Assembly (NCBI GenBank): GCA_951406725.2
Contig: OX597822.1
Coordinates: 75,578,001-75,642,000, forward strand
Direction: 5' to 3'
From: Octopus vulgaris
Lineage: Eukaryota
Length of the DNA: 64,000 nt
Numbering within the stretch: position 1 is the stretch's first letter; every line of letters starts with the position of its first letter. This document shows positions 13,512-25,322 of the stretch, one piece after another. The position numbers and the translations under genes were made by a program. The notes below the pieces were generated by a model. The model did no database searches. It was not told the DNA's origin and was given only the letters and a program-made list of their open reading frames with translations.

Positions 13512-13725
13512 TCCTGTCTACTATAGGCACAACGCCTGAAATTTGGAGGGAGGCGTAAAGTGATTATATCGACCCGACTACTTAACTGCTGCTTATTTTA
13601 TCGACCCAGACCGGACGAAAGACCAGTTCAACCACCGCAGAATTGGAACTTAGAACGTAGAGACGGATGAAATACCTCTAAGCCATTTTTACCGGCGTGA
13701 TGCCTATACTTGCACCTCGCCTCAC
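13512..13725 (-). mobile_element. SINE family A monomer with tail 2, diverged
   Basis: Reverse-strand similarity to 44208-44430. Confidence 0.7.
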
Positions 13726-13774
13726 CAAGCAGTGAATGATAAAATACTAATTGCAATGATTGAGTACAACAATA

Positions 13775-13852
<78 letters not shown>

Positions 13853-14022
13853 GTATTAGTTTGTTCATAATTTTTTTCAGTCTGCGGAGAAATGGCGAAA
13901 ATTTGCCCTGTTGAGAATTATACCATATATTACATCTATATATGTATATATATATATATAGTTATCAGTAATAATACTCGGTGTGTGGTGAGGCAAATCG
14001 TTGCTAAACCCTTAATTACTTA

Positions 14023-14093
<71 letters not shown>

Positions 14094-14149
14094 ATACATA
14101 CACACACACATATATATATATATGTATATGTGTGTGTGTGTGTGTGTGC

Positions 14150-14350
14150 GCGTAACCGCGTGTGTATCGTTGGCGATTTTCTTTCTCCGTCTTCCCTTCT
14201 TTAGACTTTTTCTATATTTCTGATGAAGAGCTCCGTTCGAAACGTGAAATCTTTCCTTCCTTTCCTTTCCTGAGCGTTCAATAACACAGTACTTGTACCA
14301 TGTCCTCGCATTGCTGTCTTCTCTTGCCTGTCCCTGTTTGGATTGACTAT
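14150..14350 (+). mobile_element. Penelope-like pLTR fragment containing a minimal hammerhead motif (14216-14250)
   Basis: ATTT-CTGATGA-A-GAGC-TCC-GTTC-GAAA-CGTG-AAAT; a related fragment lies on the minus strand at about 36230-36320. Confidence 0.6.
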
Positions 14351-15072
14351 ATGTATATATATATACACATATATATATATACAAAACTTATGGTACAGGA
14401 GCCAAATTATTGTATTTAGATTATCCCCGTTTTAGAAAATTCCAGTGCACTGAATGATGCTTTATGTTATCGATTATGAATGAAGTCTCCTTCGATATGA
14501 TTAGAACTCATAGAGGCTCTTCACAAAATATGGCGCAAAGGAATTTTGTCCAAAGATTTACCAATTTTAGCACTGAATCACAATTAGTGACTGGTTTGAA
14601 GTTGTTTGGTTACGGCCGGAAATGGAAATTGCTTTCGTGAACCGGTTCGTCTGTTATCGATATTAAGTCTACAACGTATATAAACTTAACATTCTGCGGT
14701 AAGTCTATATACACATGCAACTGAAACCTGTAATTCTCTTTTTCTCCCGCCCTCCGGCTTTCTCTCACTCTCTGTACATGTTCAAACTTAGATGCATACG
14801 TATAATTGTGTATATATACATCCAGCCTAAAAGAGAAGGGGGAAAACTATGTTAATTGATACGCCAGCAAAGGAAACTGAATAATAAAAACCCATCAAGT
14901 GTCGTCAGTAGGCTTTATCGAGTGAACATATATATATACACATGCATGATTATCATGTCTTCATGTGTTTGTTTGATTGTTCGTGTGTACGTGTGTTTGC
15001 GTACGTGTATGTGTGTGTCTGTGTCTGTTTGTGTTTTCCATAATCCATTCCGAAACTCTTGTATATATATAC

Positions 15073-15120
<48 letters not shown>

Positions 15121-15127
15121 ACACACA

Positions 15128-15278
15128 CTCTTTTACTCTTTTATTTGTTTCAGTCATTTGACTACAGCCGTGCTGGAGCACGGCTTTTAGACGACCCGAA
15201 GCTATAGTAGAAGACACTTGCCCAAGGTGCCATGCAGTGGGACTGAACCTGGAACCATGTGGTTGGTAAGCAAGCTAC
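15128..15278 (-). mobile_element. SINE family B, internally deleted and missing its 5' head
   Basis: Reverse complement carries TAGCTTGCTTACCAACCACATGGTTCC..ACCTTGGGCAAGTGTCTTCTACTATAGC and the family B tail. Confidence 0.8.
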
Positions 15279-16828
15279 TTTATTTCATAAGTATTTGCCA
15301 TGAAGGCATTACAAAAAAGGGATCTTTTCGGTTTGAACGGCAGTTTTTAAAAATAATTTCCACGTAACTAAACACTTTTAAACTTCGTATACTGGTAGAA
15401 TGTGTTTATAAAACATCTTTTTCTCTTGGCTTTATTGAGAAAATTCTATAGTTTGTAAGATATTTGTTGTTTTTTTCTTCAATTTCTGCAATTTTAACCA
15501 ATCAATGACGTCTATTGAGGTGAAAATATTATGTACCGTATGAATATGTCCCTCGTTTAAGAAACAGATTGGGTTTATTTACATTTCTGAAAAAAAGATA
15601 CCCTCCCGCCCTAACCCTAACCAACCCTAACACTAAACCTACAACAGATTGAAATGCAATAGATCGATACTAGGGTCATAATTATGGGTGACAATTTCAT
15701 ATGACACCGCTAGAAAAACTACCGTTCAAACAGAAAAGATCCCAAAAAGAGGACGAAGAAGGACAGACAAACATAAAAGGGTATAGTAGCTGTAGCGATT
15801 AAAAATTTACGATTTAAAAATACAATAATTTATTGATTATATTTATAATTTTCGACTTAAGTGTTGCTCATTACAAATGCAATGTGTCATAGTTTCCCTG
15901 AAGGACTAGCATTTGACCACCAAGGTAGACACCTTGCTTTCTCTGTTTTTTTTTTTTTTTTGTTTTTTTGGCTTATTCGTTCGAAATATATTTATACACA
16001 ATTTAATCTCAGAAAACGGGAAACCTATAATTTTTTACCTTTTTTTCCTCTCAACGAGGACAACAGTTCAAATCCCACCCCCGCTGGCGGACGAGACGTA
16101 ACTACAAAACCTACAACGTTCGAAATTAAATTTTTTACACAATAATAAAAATACGGTATCCCAAAAAACGGGAAAAACCTATAAATGTTTTTTCCTCACA
16201 GCGAGGACAACTGTTCAAATCTCATCTCCGCTAGGGGCGGGGTGCCTACAACGGCTAAAATTAAATTTTTCTCACAACAATAAACTGATTATCCAAAAAA
16301 AAAACGGGAAACCTATAATATTTTTTCTCTTAATGAGTATAACAGTTCAAATCCCACTCCGTTGGGGGTCGAGGCACGACAATAAAGCCTACAACGGCTT
16401 TAACAAGTTCAATATTTCAACAATTCCCAACTGCAAAAATGGCTTTACACAAACAATATCTTTCTCCTGTCACCGGTAAAAAATGCACAAAAATTTTCGA
16501 AGTTTAACAGTTCAACAATGTTCAACAGTTCGAAAATGTTCAACAATAAACAGTTAACAATTCCAACAGAAAAATTATCCAACGTTCAACAAAACGTTTG
16601 ACTCACCGCCAAAAAAAAAACACGTCTAACTACCTGACAGGTAAGCGAGCTCCTTTATTTCATAAGAATTTGCCATGAAGGCATTACAAAGAGGGGACGA
16701 ACAAGGACAGACAAACATAATAGGGTTTAGTAGCTGTAGTGATTAAAAATTTACGATTTAAAAATTCAACAATTTAATGATTATATTTATAATTTGCGAC
16801 TTAAGCGTCGCTCATTACAAAAGCAATA
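15279..16828 (-). mobile_element. Head-to-tail non-coding LINE-derived (putative Tx1-like) element: one unit plus the 3' ~175 bp of a second
   Basis: A ~175-bp direct repeat at 15279-15883 (split by a MITE) and 16654-16828, ending on the minus strand in GAAATAAAG; three internal ~140-150 bp repeats at 16013-16400. Confidence 0.6.
15319..15743. mobile_element. 425-bp MITE with 30-bp TIRs
   Basis: GGGATCTTTTCGGTTTGAACGGCAGTTTTT (15319-15348) versus AAAAACTACCGTTCAAACAGAAAAGATCCC (15714-15743), 28/30 inverted match. The empty site is visible in the paralogous repeat at about 16685-16695. Confidence 0.9.
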
Positions 16829-17379
16829 TATATATATCTATATACATACGTTATATACATATATATATACATACATACGTTAACCTTATAAACTGATAAG
16901 GCGATTTGAGTTTAACTCTAGGCGTCGAGTGAGAGCCACTGATAAGCATTAATAAAAATGCAGAATCACTGGTGATTTGGTTATGGCCGGATGCTGGGAG
17001 AGCTTCCCTCACTTGTCAGTATTTCGTTTGTCAGTCAAAGGCTTTCCACAAATTCCCAATCATGATTTCAAGATTTGGACGGACAATATGATGTAAATAA
17101 TGGTTTAAAACGTTTTGGCACAATGCCTGCAACTTTAGGGGAGAGGGTAAATCGATATGTTCAACTGGTACTTATTTCATCCACTCCGAAAGGGCAAAAA
17201 GTAAAAGCTGGCTTCAGAACATACAGACTGACGTATTGACACTAAGTATTTTACTCGATGTGTTGACGGTTCTGCCAGCTCATCACCTTTTATGATGTAC
17301 CTATTACCGCATATGTACTACTAATGTGTGACAAATCAAGTTTGAACGTGAGAACATGATAAATGGTAGGTGTACAAGT

Positions 17380-17563
17380 CAATGTCCTCTAGCTCCAAAG
17401 TTTTTTTTATTCTCTCTCTGTTTATTTTCTCGTGCTCCTTTCTGTTGAAGAGCGAAGGCTCGATACATAAACGACTTTCTCACCTTCTCGATCGTCAAAC
17501 AAATACAACTGTTTAGTGTTTATACACCTGTCTACGTCTTTTGTTTTTCTGTAAATTTCAACT
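17380..17563 (+). mobile_element. Penelope-like pLTR fragment with a decayed hammerhead (CTGTTGA core)
   Basis: Paralogue of about 27255-27425; CTTT-CTGTTGA-A-GAGC-GAAG-GCTC-GATA. Confidence 0.55.
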
Positions 17564-17605
17564 ATACATACATACATACATACATACAAACAAATAAACA
17601 AATAA

Positions 17606-17922
17606 CTGGCATTCCGTCGCTTGCGACGACGAGAGTTCCAGTTGATCCGATCAACGGAATAGCCTGCTCGTGAAATTAACGTGTAAGCGGTGAGCACTCC
17701 ACAGGCACGTGTACCCTTAACGTAGTTCTCGGGGAGATTCAGCGTGACACAGAGTGCGACAAGGCCGGCCCTTTGAAATAATACAGGTACTACTCATTTT
17801 TGCCAGATGAGTGGACTGGAGCAACGTGAAATAAAGTGTCTTGCTCAAGGACACAACGCGTCACCGGGAATTGAACGGGAATTCGTGAGCCGAATACCTT
17901 AATCACTAGGCCACGCGCCTTC
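17606..17922 (-). mobile_element. SINE family D with tail i
   Basis: Minus strand head GAAGGCGCGTGGCCTAGTG..GTGTCCTTGAGCAAGACACTTTATTTCACGTTGCTCCAGTCCACTCA, shared with the copies at 21668, 34731 and 53898. Confidence 0.8.
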
Positions 17923-17925
17923 ACT

Positions 17926-17956
<31 letters not shown>

Positions 17957-17999
17957 ATGTATATATCTATATATGCGTATGTGTGTGTATGTATATATG

Positions 18000-18089
<90 letters not shown>

Positions 18090-19246
18090 CACACAATGTA
18101 TACACATACGCACTCACATATATATATGCATACGTTACATTCCTACACACATTATACACCCACAAACATACATATATTCACATACACACACATACATTAA
18201 TGTCAAATGTCACTCACAACTCATTGGTCAACGAGGACGATAACCTATAGTAGATGACATTTGGTCAAGGGGATGTACAGTGGAATCGTGTAATTCCGTA
18301 GAGAACTTCTTATGCAATCCTATTTGTAGATTACTTTTATTCCACGATGCTGGCTCTCGACTGTGACAAGAATGTAAATTATTTCTATATAAGATATGAA
18401 AAAAACAAAAAAAAACAAAGCCATATTCTTGAAGACTTTGAAGAAGAAAAGTGTCTTTGTATGATTTTTTGATAATGACTTGAATATTCCATAACAACTT
18501 GACGATATAGGGTGGGGGTAGTTTCCTATTAGCATACTTGGAACGATAAAATGAATTGCTGTTTTGTTATTCTTTTTACCAAAGATCGATGGAAACATAT
18601 TTCGTATATGATAAGATTATTGAGTAACCACTCTTTATCAAGATCCGCTTCTGTAAGAAATGAGCTACAGAAAAAAAATTATTAAATTTATTGCAACCGT
18701 AAAACGTGAGTTGTATAGAGACACACATAAGGGTTTTTGATTATCTTTAATAATCCTACCGATAAAACGTTCTTTTATGAGTTAAAGAGAAGCCATTGAT
18801 GAATAGCAGAAGACAATAAATGTGAGACGTTATTATATGACACACTAAAAAGCTTCGTTACAAACAGCATTAACAATCTATGGGTTTCTGAAACATAAAA
18901 GAAACACAAAACGATAATAGAAATATTAAATTGTCGAGCTGAGTAGACTTTTCATGCCCTTGTACAAATCAATGCAGTGACGACTCTCTTGCAAGATACA
19001 GGCTGACCACCTTCAGTGGAGAGAATTATAGCATATATTTTTGGTCATTTTGATTCATCAATATAGATCTTAAACGCTAGAAGTATAGCGTTAAATGAAC
19101 TTTGAAATCTGTTGATGTGAACTGTCATTAATCTAATACATAATTTCGAAAATGTCGAGAGTATATTCCTGAAATATCTAATTAGCTTTTGTTTTTGATG
19201 AAATTCGAGTCCATTATGTTATAATGGTAACGGATAAAGGATAATC

Positions 19247-19435
19247 TCGAGTCATATAGACTCATAAGGCCAGTTTCCCGGTTTCAGTGGCACATATATT
19301 CGCCACGTGGATGGGACGCCAGTCCATTGAAGGATAACTCATTTTGTCAGCTGAGTGAACTGGAGCAACGTGAACGCCCGGTCCAGAAATCGAAACTGCA
19401 ACCTTACGATCCCAACCCCTAAGCCAGGCGCTTCC
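19247..19435 (-). mobile_element. SINE family D, deleted copy with tail iii
   Basis: CACGTTGCTCCAGTTCACTCAGCTG, then ATGGACTGGCGTCCCATCC..GAAACCGGGAAACTGG on the minus strand. Confidence 0.7.
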
Positions 19436-19795
19436 ATCACGTTATGTTACAGGATCCGATAATATTTTGTTAGTGATACAGGCATATGTTGTTGAAAGGT
19501 TTGTTGTTTCGGTAGAGTGTGCCGATAATACATTTTTTTTTTATAAAAGTAGGAAATGGTTGCTTTAATTGTGATTACTTTTAAAGTCCATTGCCTTCTT
19601 TGCTGCTGCTGTTGTTGTTGTTATTGTCACTCTTGTAGTTCCCATCGTTAGCTTTGCAACTCTTGCCTTTATTGGTGTTACTGTGAATTCTGTAGAAATT
19701 TTGGTGCTTTGCATTTTGATCTCGTTGTATTATCCTGACACTTCGTTTACACACAGGCGTTTGGCTCTATCTATCAATCTATCTATCTATCTATA

Positions 19796-19839
<44 letters not shown>

Positions 19840-19864
19840 AGAAGAAGAAGAAGAAGAAGAAGAA

Positions 19865-19917
<53 letters not shown>

Positions 19918-21329
19918 TTATATATATACAAGTATATATATATATATATATACACATATATTTATACATACATGTATGGGTGTGTGTGCGTATGTGTGTA
20001 TGTGTGATTGTATATTTTATCCCTATAAAATGAACCATCAACTAAGAGCAGGCGTTAAGTTAGACAACTCAAGACTCGTCTTTCTGTTTTTTTTTTGTTT
20101 TTTTTTTTTTCATTTTTATCATCAACAGCAAATCCGCCACTAGAAAGCAGTCACTGCAAACATTTTACATTTCCTCGTGATATAAAACGATCTGGATGAT
20201 TTTAGGCCTTGATACTATCAAAACCTTTCAGTGAAGCCATACGATCATTATATCAGTAGAAGAGATTTGAATTCTAGTCGACTTTATTTTAATGTTTGCC
20301 TTATTTTTTTGGTATTTTTATTATCAGTCTTCTTTACTTTTTTCTTACTTTCACGTGATTTTTACGTTATCGTAACAGTCAATAATCTTATATGGTTCTT
20401 TTATCTTGTCTTCGTTTTATATTGCTAGCAATAGCACTATCAACGATATCACCAGCACCATTAACAACAACAACAGCAACAGCAACAACAACAACGACTG
20501 CAGTAACGATATGAATAACAACTATGTTTTCGCCGTTCATTTTTACCGAGCTGCCGCCATGAAAACATAGTCTTCACGTGGTGCCGACACAGAAACGAGC
20601 ACAAATAATAATATCATCTACTTCAACGACTAAACCCAAACGCCACCGACACCAATTTCATCACCGACACCATCACCACCACCACAGTCGCCGCCACCAG
20701 TCAATAAAAATAACAATAAGAACAGATACATTGCTAGCAACGCATCAACTACCAGCATCCTTAAACTTTCACCAAGTTAAAGATAACTAACAAGATCGGC
20801 CACCATAATAATAAAATAAACAACAGCATCTTTAATCTTTCACCAACTTCAAAATAACCAAGAGTATTGGCAATAGTGTTTGAATCATGTCTGTCTGTAG
20901 CGTTCCTCTCAATGTAAACAAGGCCGACAACAGAAACAGCTTCAGCATTCAGATCAACACTAACCTATATTATGGCTATCGACATTAAACAGAACTAAGA
21001 AAGCCATGAACAATTTTAATCTGATATCGAAGTTAATTGCACTATAAACCCAACCAGCGATGTCCATCAAACAAGAGATACCACCAGGCGAAAATGATGC
21101 CATGTAAAGGGCTCTTGGTCAGCTAAAAATGGTAGTTAAATCGCCTTCAAATCTCATCCTTTCCGTTCAAAATGGGAGGAAATAAGAGTTAAACGAGTTC
21201 GAGGACATATTAGAAGAATGATGAACTAAAAATACTGGGAGGGATTACTTACCATACAAAACAAAAATCAAAATCGTATTTTGCAGGCACAGCGAGACTT
21301 GGGACTCGCTACGTACTCGAAATTATGAC

Positions 21330-21529
21330 AGAGCAAGGGCTGAAATTTTGGGGGAGAGTCTAATCGATTACATCGATCCCAAAACTTAATGGGTACTAGT
21401 TTTATCGATTCCCTGGGGGTGAAAGGCATAGTAGTCCCCGACAGGATTTGAACTCAGAACATAAAAGCGGAGAAAAAGACATTAAGCATTTTCTCCGGCG
21501 CAGTAACGGTTTTACCAGCTTGCCGCCTT
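21330..21529 (-). mobile_element. SINE family A monomer with tail 2, diverged
   Basis: Minus strand AAGGCGGCAAGCTGGTAAAACCGTTA..GTTCTGAGTTCAAATCC. Confidence 0.75.
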
Positions 21530-21667
21530 AAGAAGCACGAGTATAATGAATAAAATAAGGTAAGACATGGTTTCCAATATATATATATACATTTTTTTAT
21601 TTTTGAAACAGTTATTTCTTTTTAAATCATCAATCGAAGTGCACTGGGATGGTTTTTAATTATTGTC

Positions 21668-22061
21668 CTGAGACCCCTTTCGGTCACGACACAGACCATG
21701 GGATTGTACCTAGAAAGTTACCCTCCCAGGCACAAGTCCGGGCAAGGTTGTTTATGGAAGACCAGCAGTCGACCATGCATACCGGCCTCCCCTCTCCACG
21801 CCACTAATGTTTCAGTGAAGCCATACGATCATTATATCACAGTGAAGCCATACGATCATTATATCACTGAAAGGGAAAGACAAAGGCTGCTACTGCCTGG
21901 CACCTGTGACGTCGCAACTCATTTCTATAGCTGAGTGAACTGGAGCAACATGAAATAAAGTGTTTTGCTCAAGAACACAACACTCTGGCCGGTCCAGGAT
22001 TCGAGCTCACAACCTCGCGATCGTAAGCTCGACACTCTAACCACTGAGACATGCGCCTTCA
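21668..22061 (-). mobile_element. SINE family D with tail ii, carrying an inserted tandem copy of nearby sequence
   Basis: Colinear with 53898-54236 except for an insert of about 57 bp at 21810-21866. Confidence 0.85.
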
Positions 22062-24459
22062 CAATTAATGTCCACTGCATCAAGAATTCAAAAAATTTTC
22101 AGAACCATTTCCTTGCCGTCTTAAAGAAAGAAGTCACAGTGGGCAATGCATTTCTAGATATGCGAAAATACGTGATTGTCACGGTTGGAACATTTTTATC
22201 ATTATCCTGCTCTATCAGAATTTCAAACTAACTGCGGCGATTCTCGCTACTTCTTAATGGAAAATAGTAATTGCTGTTGGGCCCCATCTGTATAACATAC
22301 TGAAATTGAGTGCTGACATGCTTGATGTAATGAAATATAACACCAGATACAAGTGCAACCAGTTTACGAACACTAGAAACAACAATTATAACATGTATAC
22401 CGATCAATTTTAATGACTCGTACAAGACGATAAAAATTCTTTTAAAACGAACGATAAAAATTGTTTAAACACCTATACAACCTCGCAATCATTAGTGATA
22501 GCACAATTTTTGATGTTCAGTCATTGAAGAGGGAATATCAAGGGAGATAAATGTTTGTAATTTATAAACCAGGAAGTATACTGAATACAGATAAACGATC
22601 GCAAAGATGATTGATTAATTTATATTTATTTATGAATTCAGGTTATTGATATTCACTACACAATGAAGCCGACCGTTTTTCCAAAATCTCTGTGGACCAT
22701 CATTAACATTCCATAATGTGTAAAATTCTTCCGCAATGAAAATCTTGAAATAAAATGAGTTTTATGTCGATGCATGCGAATCATCTTTTTTCAGTTTTTT
22801 GCATATATTAATCTATCGCTCACGAGCTTACTTGCTCTGCATCTCTCACTCCATTTCTACCCGCCGCTCTCTCTCTCTCTCTCTCTCTCTCCCTCTCTCT
22901 CCCTCTCCCTCTCTCTCCCTCTCTCTATTTGTAAGTCATCAACACATCTTTTTGCTCCATTTTACTCCCTCTATACTTTTTCTTAAATCTTTGTCAACAA
23001 GTCTACATTTTCTACTCTCTCGTTTACTAGTGTATCTTTTCACCTCTCTCTTTCTGTTAATCAATCTTCCTCTTACCTCCTTTCTACCCCTCTGTCCCTC
23101 TTTCTCTTCCCCTAGAAAATATTCTATGACGTCATTTAAACTTTCCATTTATTACAATAAAACGTATTTAAACTAGAAACAAATACACTTAATTGAAAGG
23201 AAATTAATGAGAAAGGTGAAGGAATAAATAAAGAATGAATGAGAGAGAGAAAGAGTGGGGCAAAGGTGAATGAGTAAGAGAGGGATCACTGAGAGAAGAA
23301 CCTGGTAATGTATGAAAGAATGAGGTAGGAAAGTAAAAGAAAGCGGTTGACATGCAGTAAAAGAGAAAGACAACTGCATTCCTAGAAAGAAGGGATACTT
23401 ATCAACGTAGCAATCATACATAGAAACATAATACATACATGCTTACATACATACATACATATATGTGTCTGTGCGCGCGCGTAAGAAATTAAATTGAAAA
23501 TGCACAGAGAATACATTAGAATTAATCGAAATTTAATTATATTTTAAAATATACGAATGCTCTTGACTGGTTTCACGTTAGATTTTTAAAAGTGTATAAT
23601 AAACGCTACATGCACATTATTGTCATGTTGGGCGCCGTCAGTAGCTACGTTATATGCAACAGAAATAGTCTTAGTTTAAAATAAAAATAGAGGTATCATA
23701 CTAAATGCAAATTCTCTGTTTCTATTGCACATAAGGAATTTTTATTTAACCAGAGCGCCAAAAGCCATTAGCAACATCAGTGGTTACTCATTCGATGTTT
23801 CCCTATACAGTTTACGGGAGAGTTCGTTGTGGCACATGCCAGGTTGCGAGTACATGCTACAGGCGACATCCCAAAATGCAGGAATACGCCTTTAACACTA
23901 TCACCAACTGTTGCTGGGCTTACTTTTGTCTGTCTCCACTATATATTGAATTTAGATACAGAGTGGAGTAACATATCGAAGTACATCCCGTGATGGGGAA
24001 ACACCTAATGGCTCGCGATCATAAGGTCCTGCATTTAAATCTGGCTGCGCGTTTTGTCCTTGAGTAAGGTAATTGATATGACATCATTGCAATGACAGCC
24101 CGAGTGCTGATGCTGTTCTCTTCCCTCTCCAAATGCCACATCTCGTATGTTCGGCTAGGTTGCGTGTAACAGGTCGAGAGAGAGGCGACGAGAAATGGTA
24201 TTTATGCCTGCTTGCTGCAACGTAGTCACCTAACATAATTAGGAAATGACGGTGAATTGTCTCACGTATGTTTCGATCGCATGTAAGAGCGAGGTGTACT
24301 GTTGTACAACACCCCAAAGTATCTTATCTGTATACTGTGAAGGCTATATGAGACAAAACATATGGATATTTCATTGCGGAAGAATTTTGCACATTATGGA
24401 ATGTTAATGATGGTCCACAGCGATCTTGGAAAAACGGTCGGCTTCAATGTGGTTTAAAG

Positions 24460-25156
24460 CAGGGGTCAACAAACTTTTTTCACGGCGGGTCAGATAATTG
24501 AGAGAATGACGAACGCCGGTCGCATAACCATTTTGTTCAATACAATACAGTGAATACACACACAAAAAAAATGGATAAAAAAAGGCATCGGAGTGGCGAT
24601 GCATACCTTGTGCGCAGATATTTTTTTCGCAAAATTATAATGCGGCTTACAATGCGTAGCTTACCCATGCTTTTTAACTGAACTGAATTAAGCTTTGTGT
24701 TTGATTAAAAGAATATTAGAAGCCTAAGTAGATGACAGCCAAAAGTAGACTTGATCGAAGTCTGCGCCAAATGCTTATGAAAAAGAAAGTGGACAAAATG
24801 AAATACTTATAGAAAATATTGTATAAAATTTGAGAAGTGTTTTCAACGTCTTTCAATGATGTTGGTGAATCAAACGTTCTGTTGAACGTTGTAGATACAA
24901 ATAATATTTGTACGATCGATTTTTAAAAGTAATTATTAAGTTTTGTTTTTGATTATCAAACTATAAGTATTTATACTCAAGTGAAGTTAAGGAATCAACT
25001 TGTAAACGAAACCTTCGAATTCATCACTGTACACGCAAACACACACACTGAGTTGAATATGTATGTATATACGTATGTGTGTATAGATGTTCCCTCACGT
25101 GTCTACGTGCATAGGTATACCATGATCTATACACATGTAGATGAGGGTCGAACCAA

Positions 25157-25208
<52 letters not shown>

Positions 25209-25267
25209 GTATGTATGTGTATGTGTGTGTGTATGTATGTATGTATGTATGTATGTATGTATGTATG

Positions 25268-25322
<55 letters not shown>

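Noticed and set aside
15609-15640. Interstitial telomere
   Set aside because: Only about three CCCTAA units, inside a MITE; not evidence of a chromosome fusion.
16013-16400. Possible CRISPR-like array
   Set aside because: Whole units are homologous and diverged, with no identical repeats or unique spacers, no cas genes and a eukaryotic context.
16630-16650. U1 snRNA-like CTTACCTG.CAGG on the minus strand (CAGGTAAG splice donor on the plus strand)
   Set aside because: Similarity stops after about 13 nt; no U1 body and no supported upstream exon.
23650-23734. 19-bp imperfect inverted repeat (16/19), possible tiny MITE
   Set aside because: AT-rich, no TSD and no second copy in the window.
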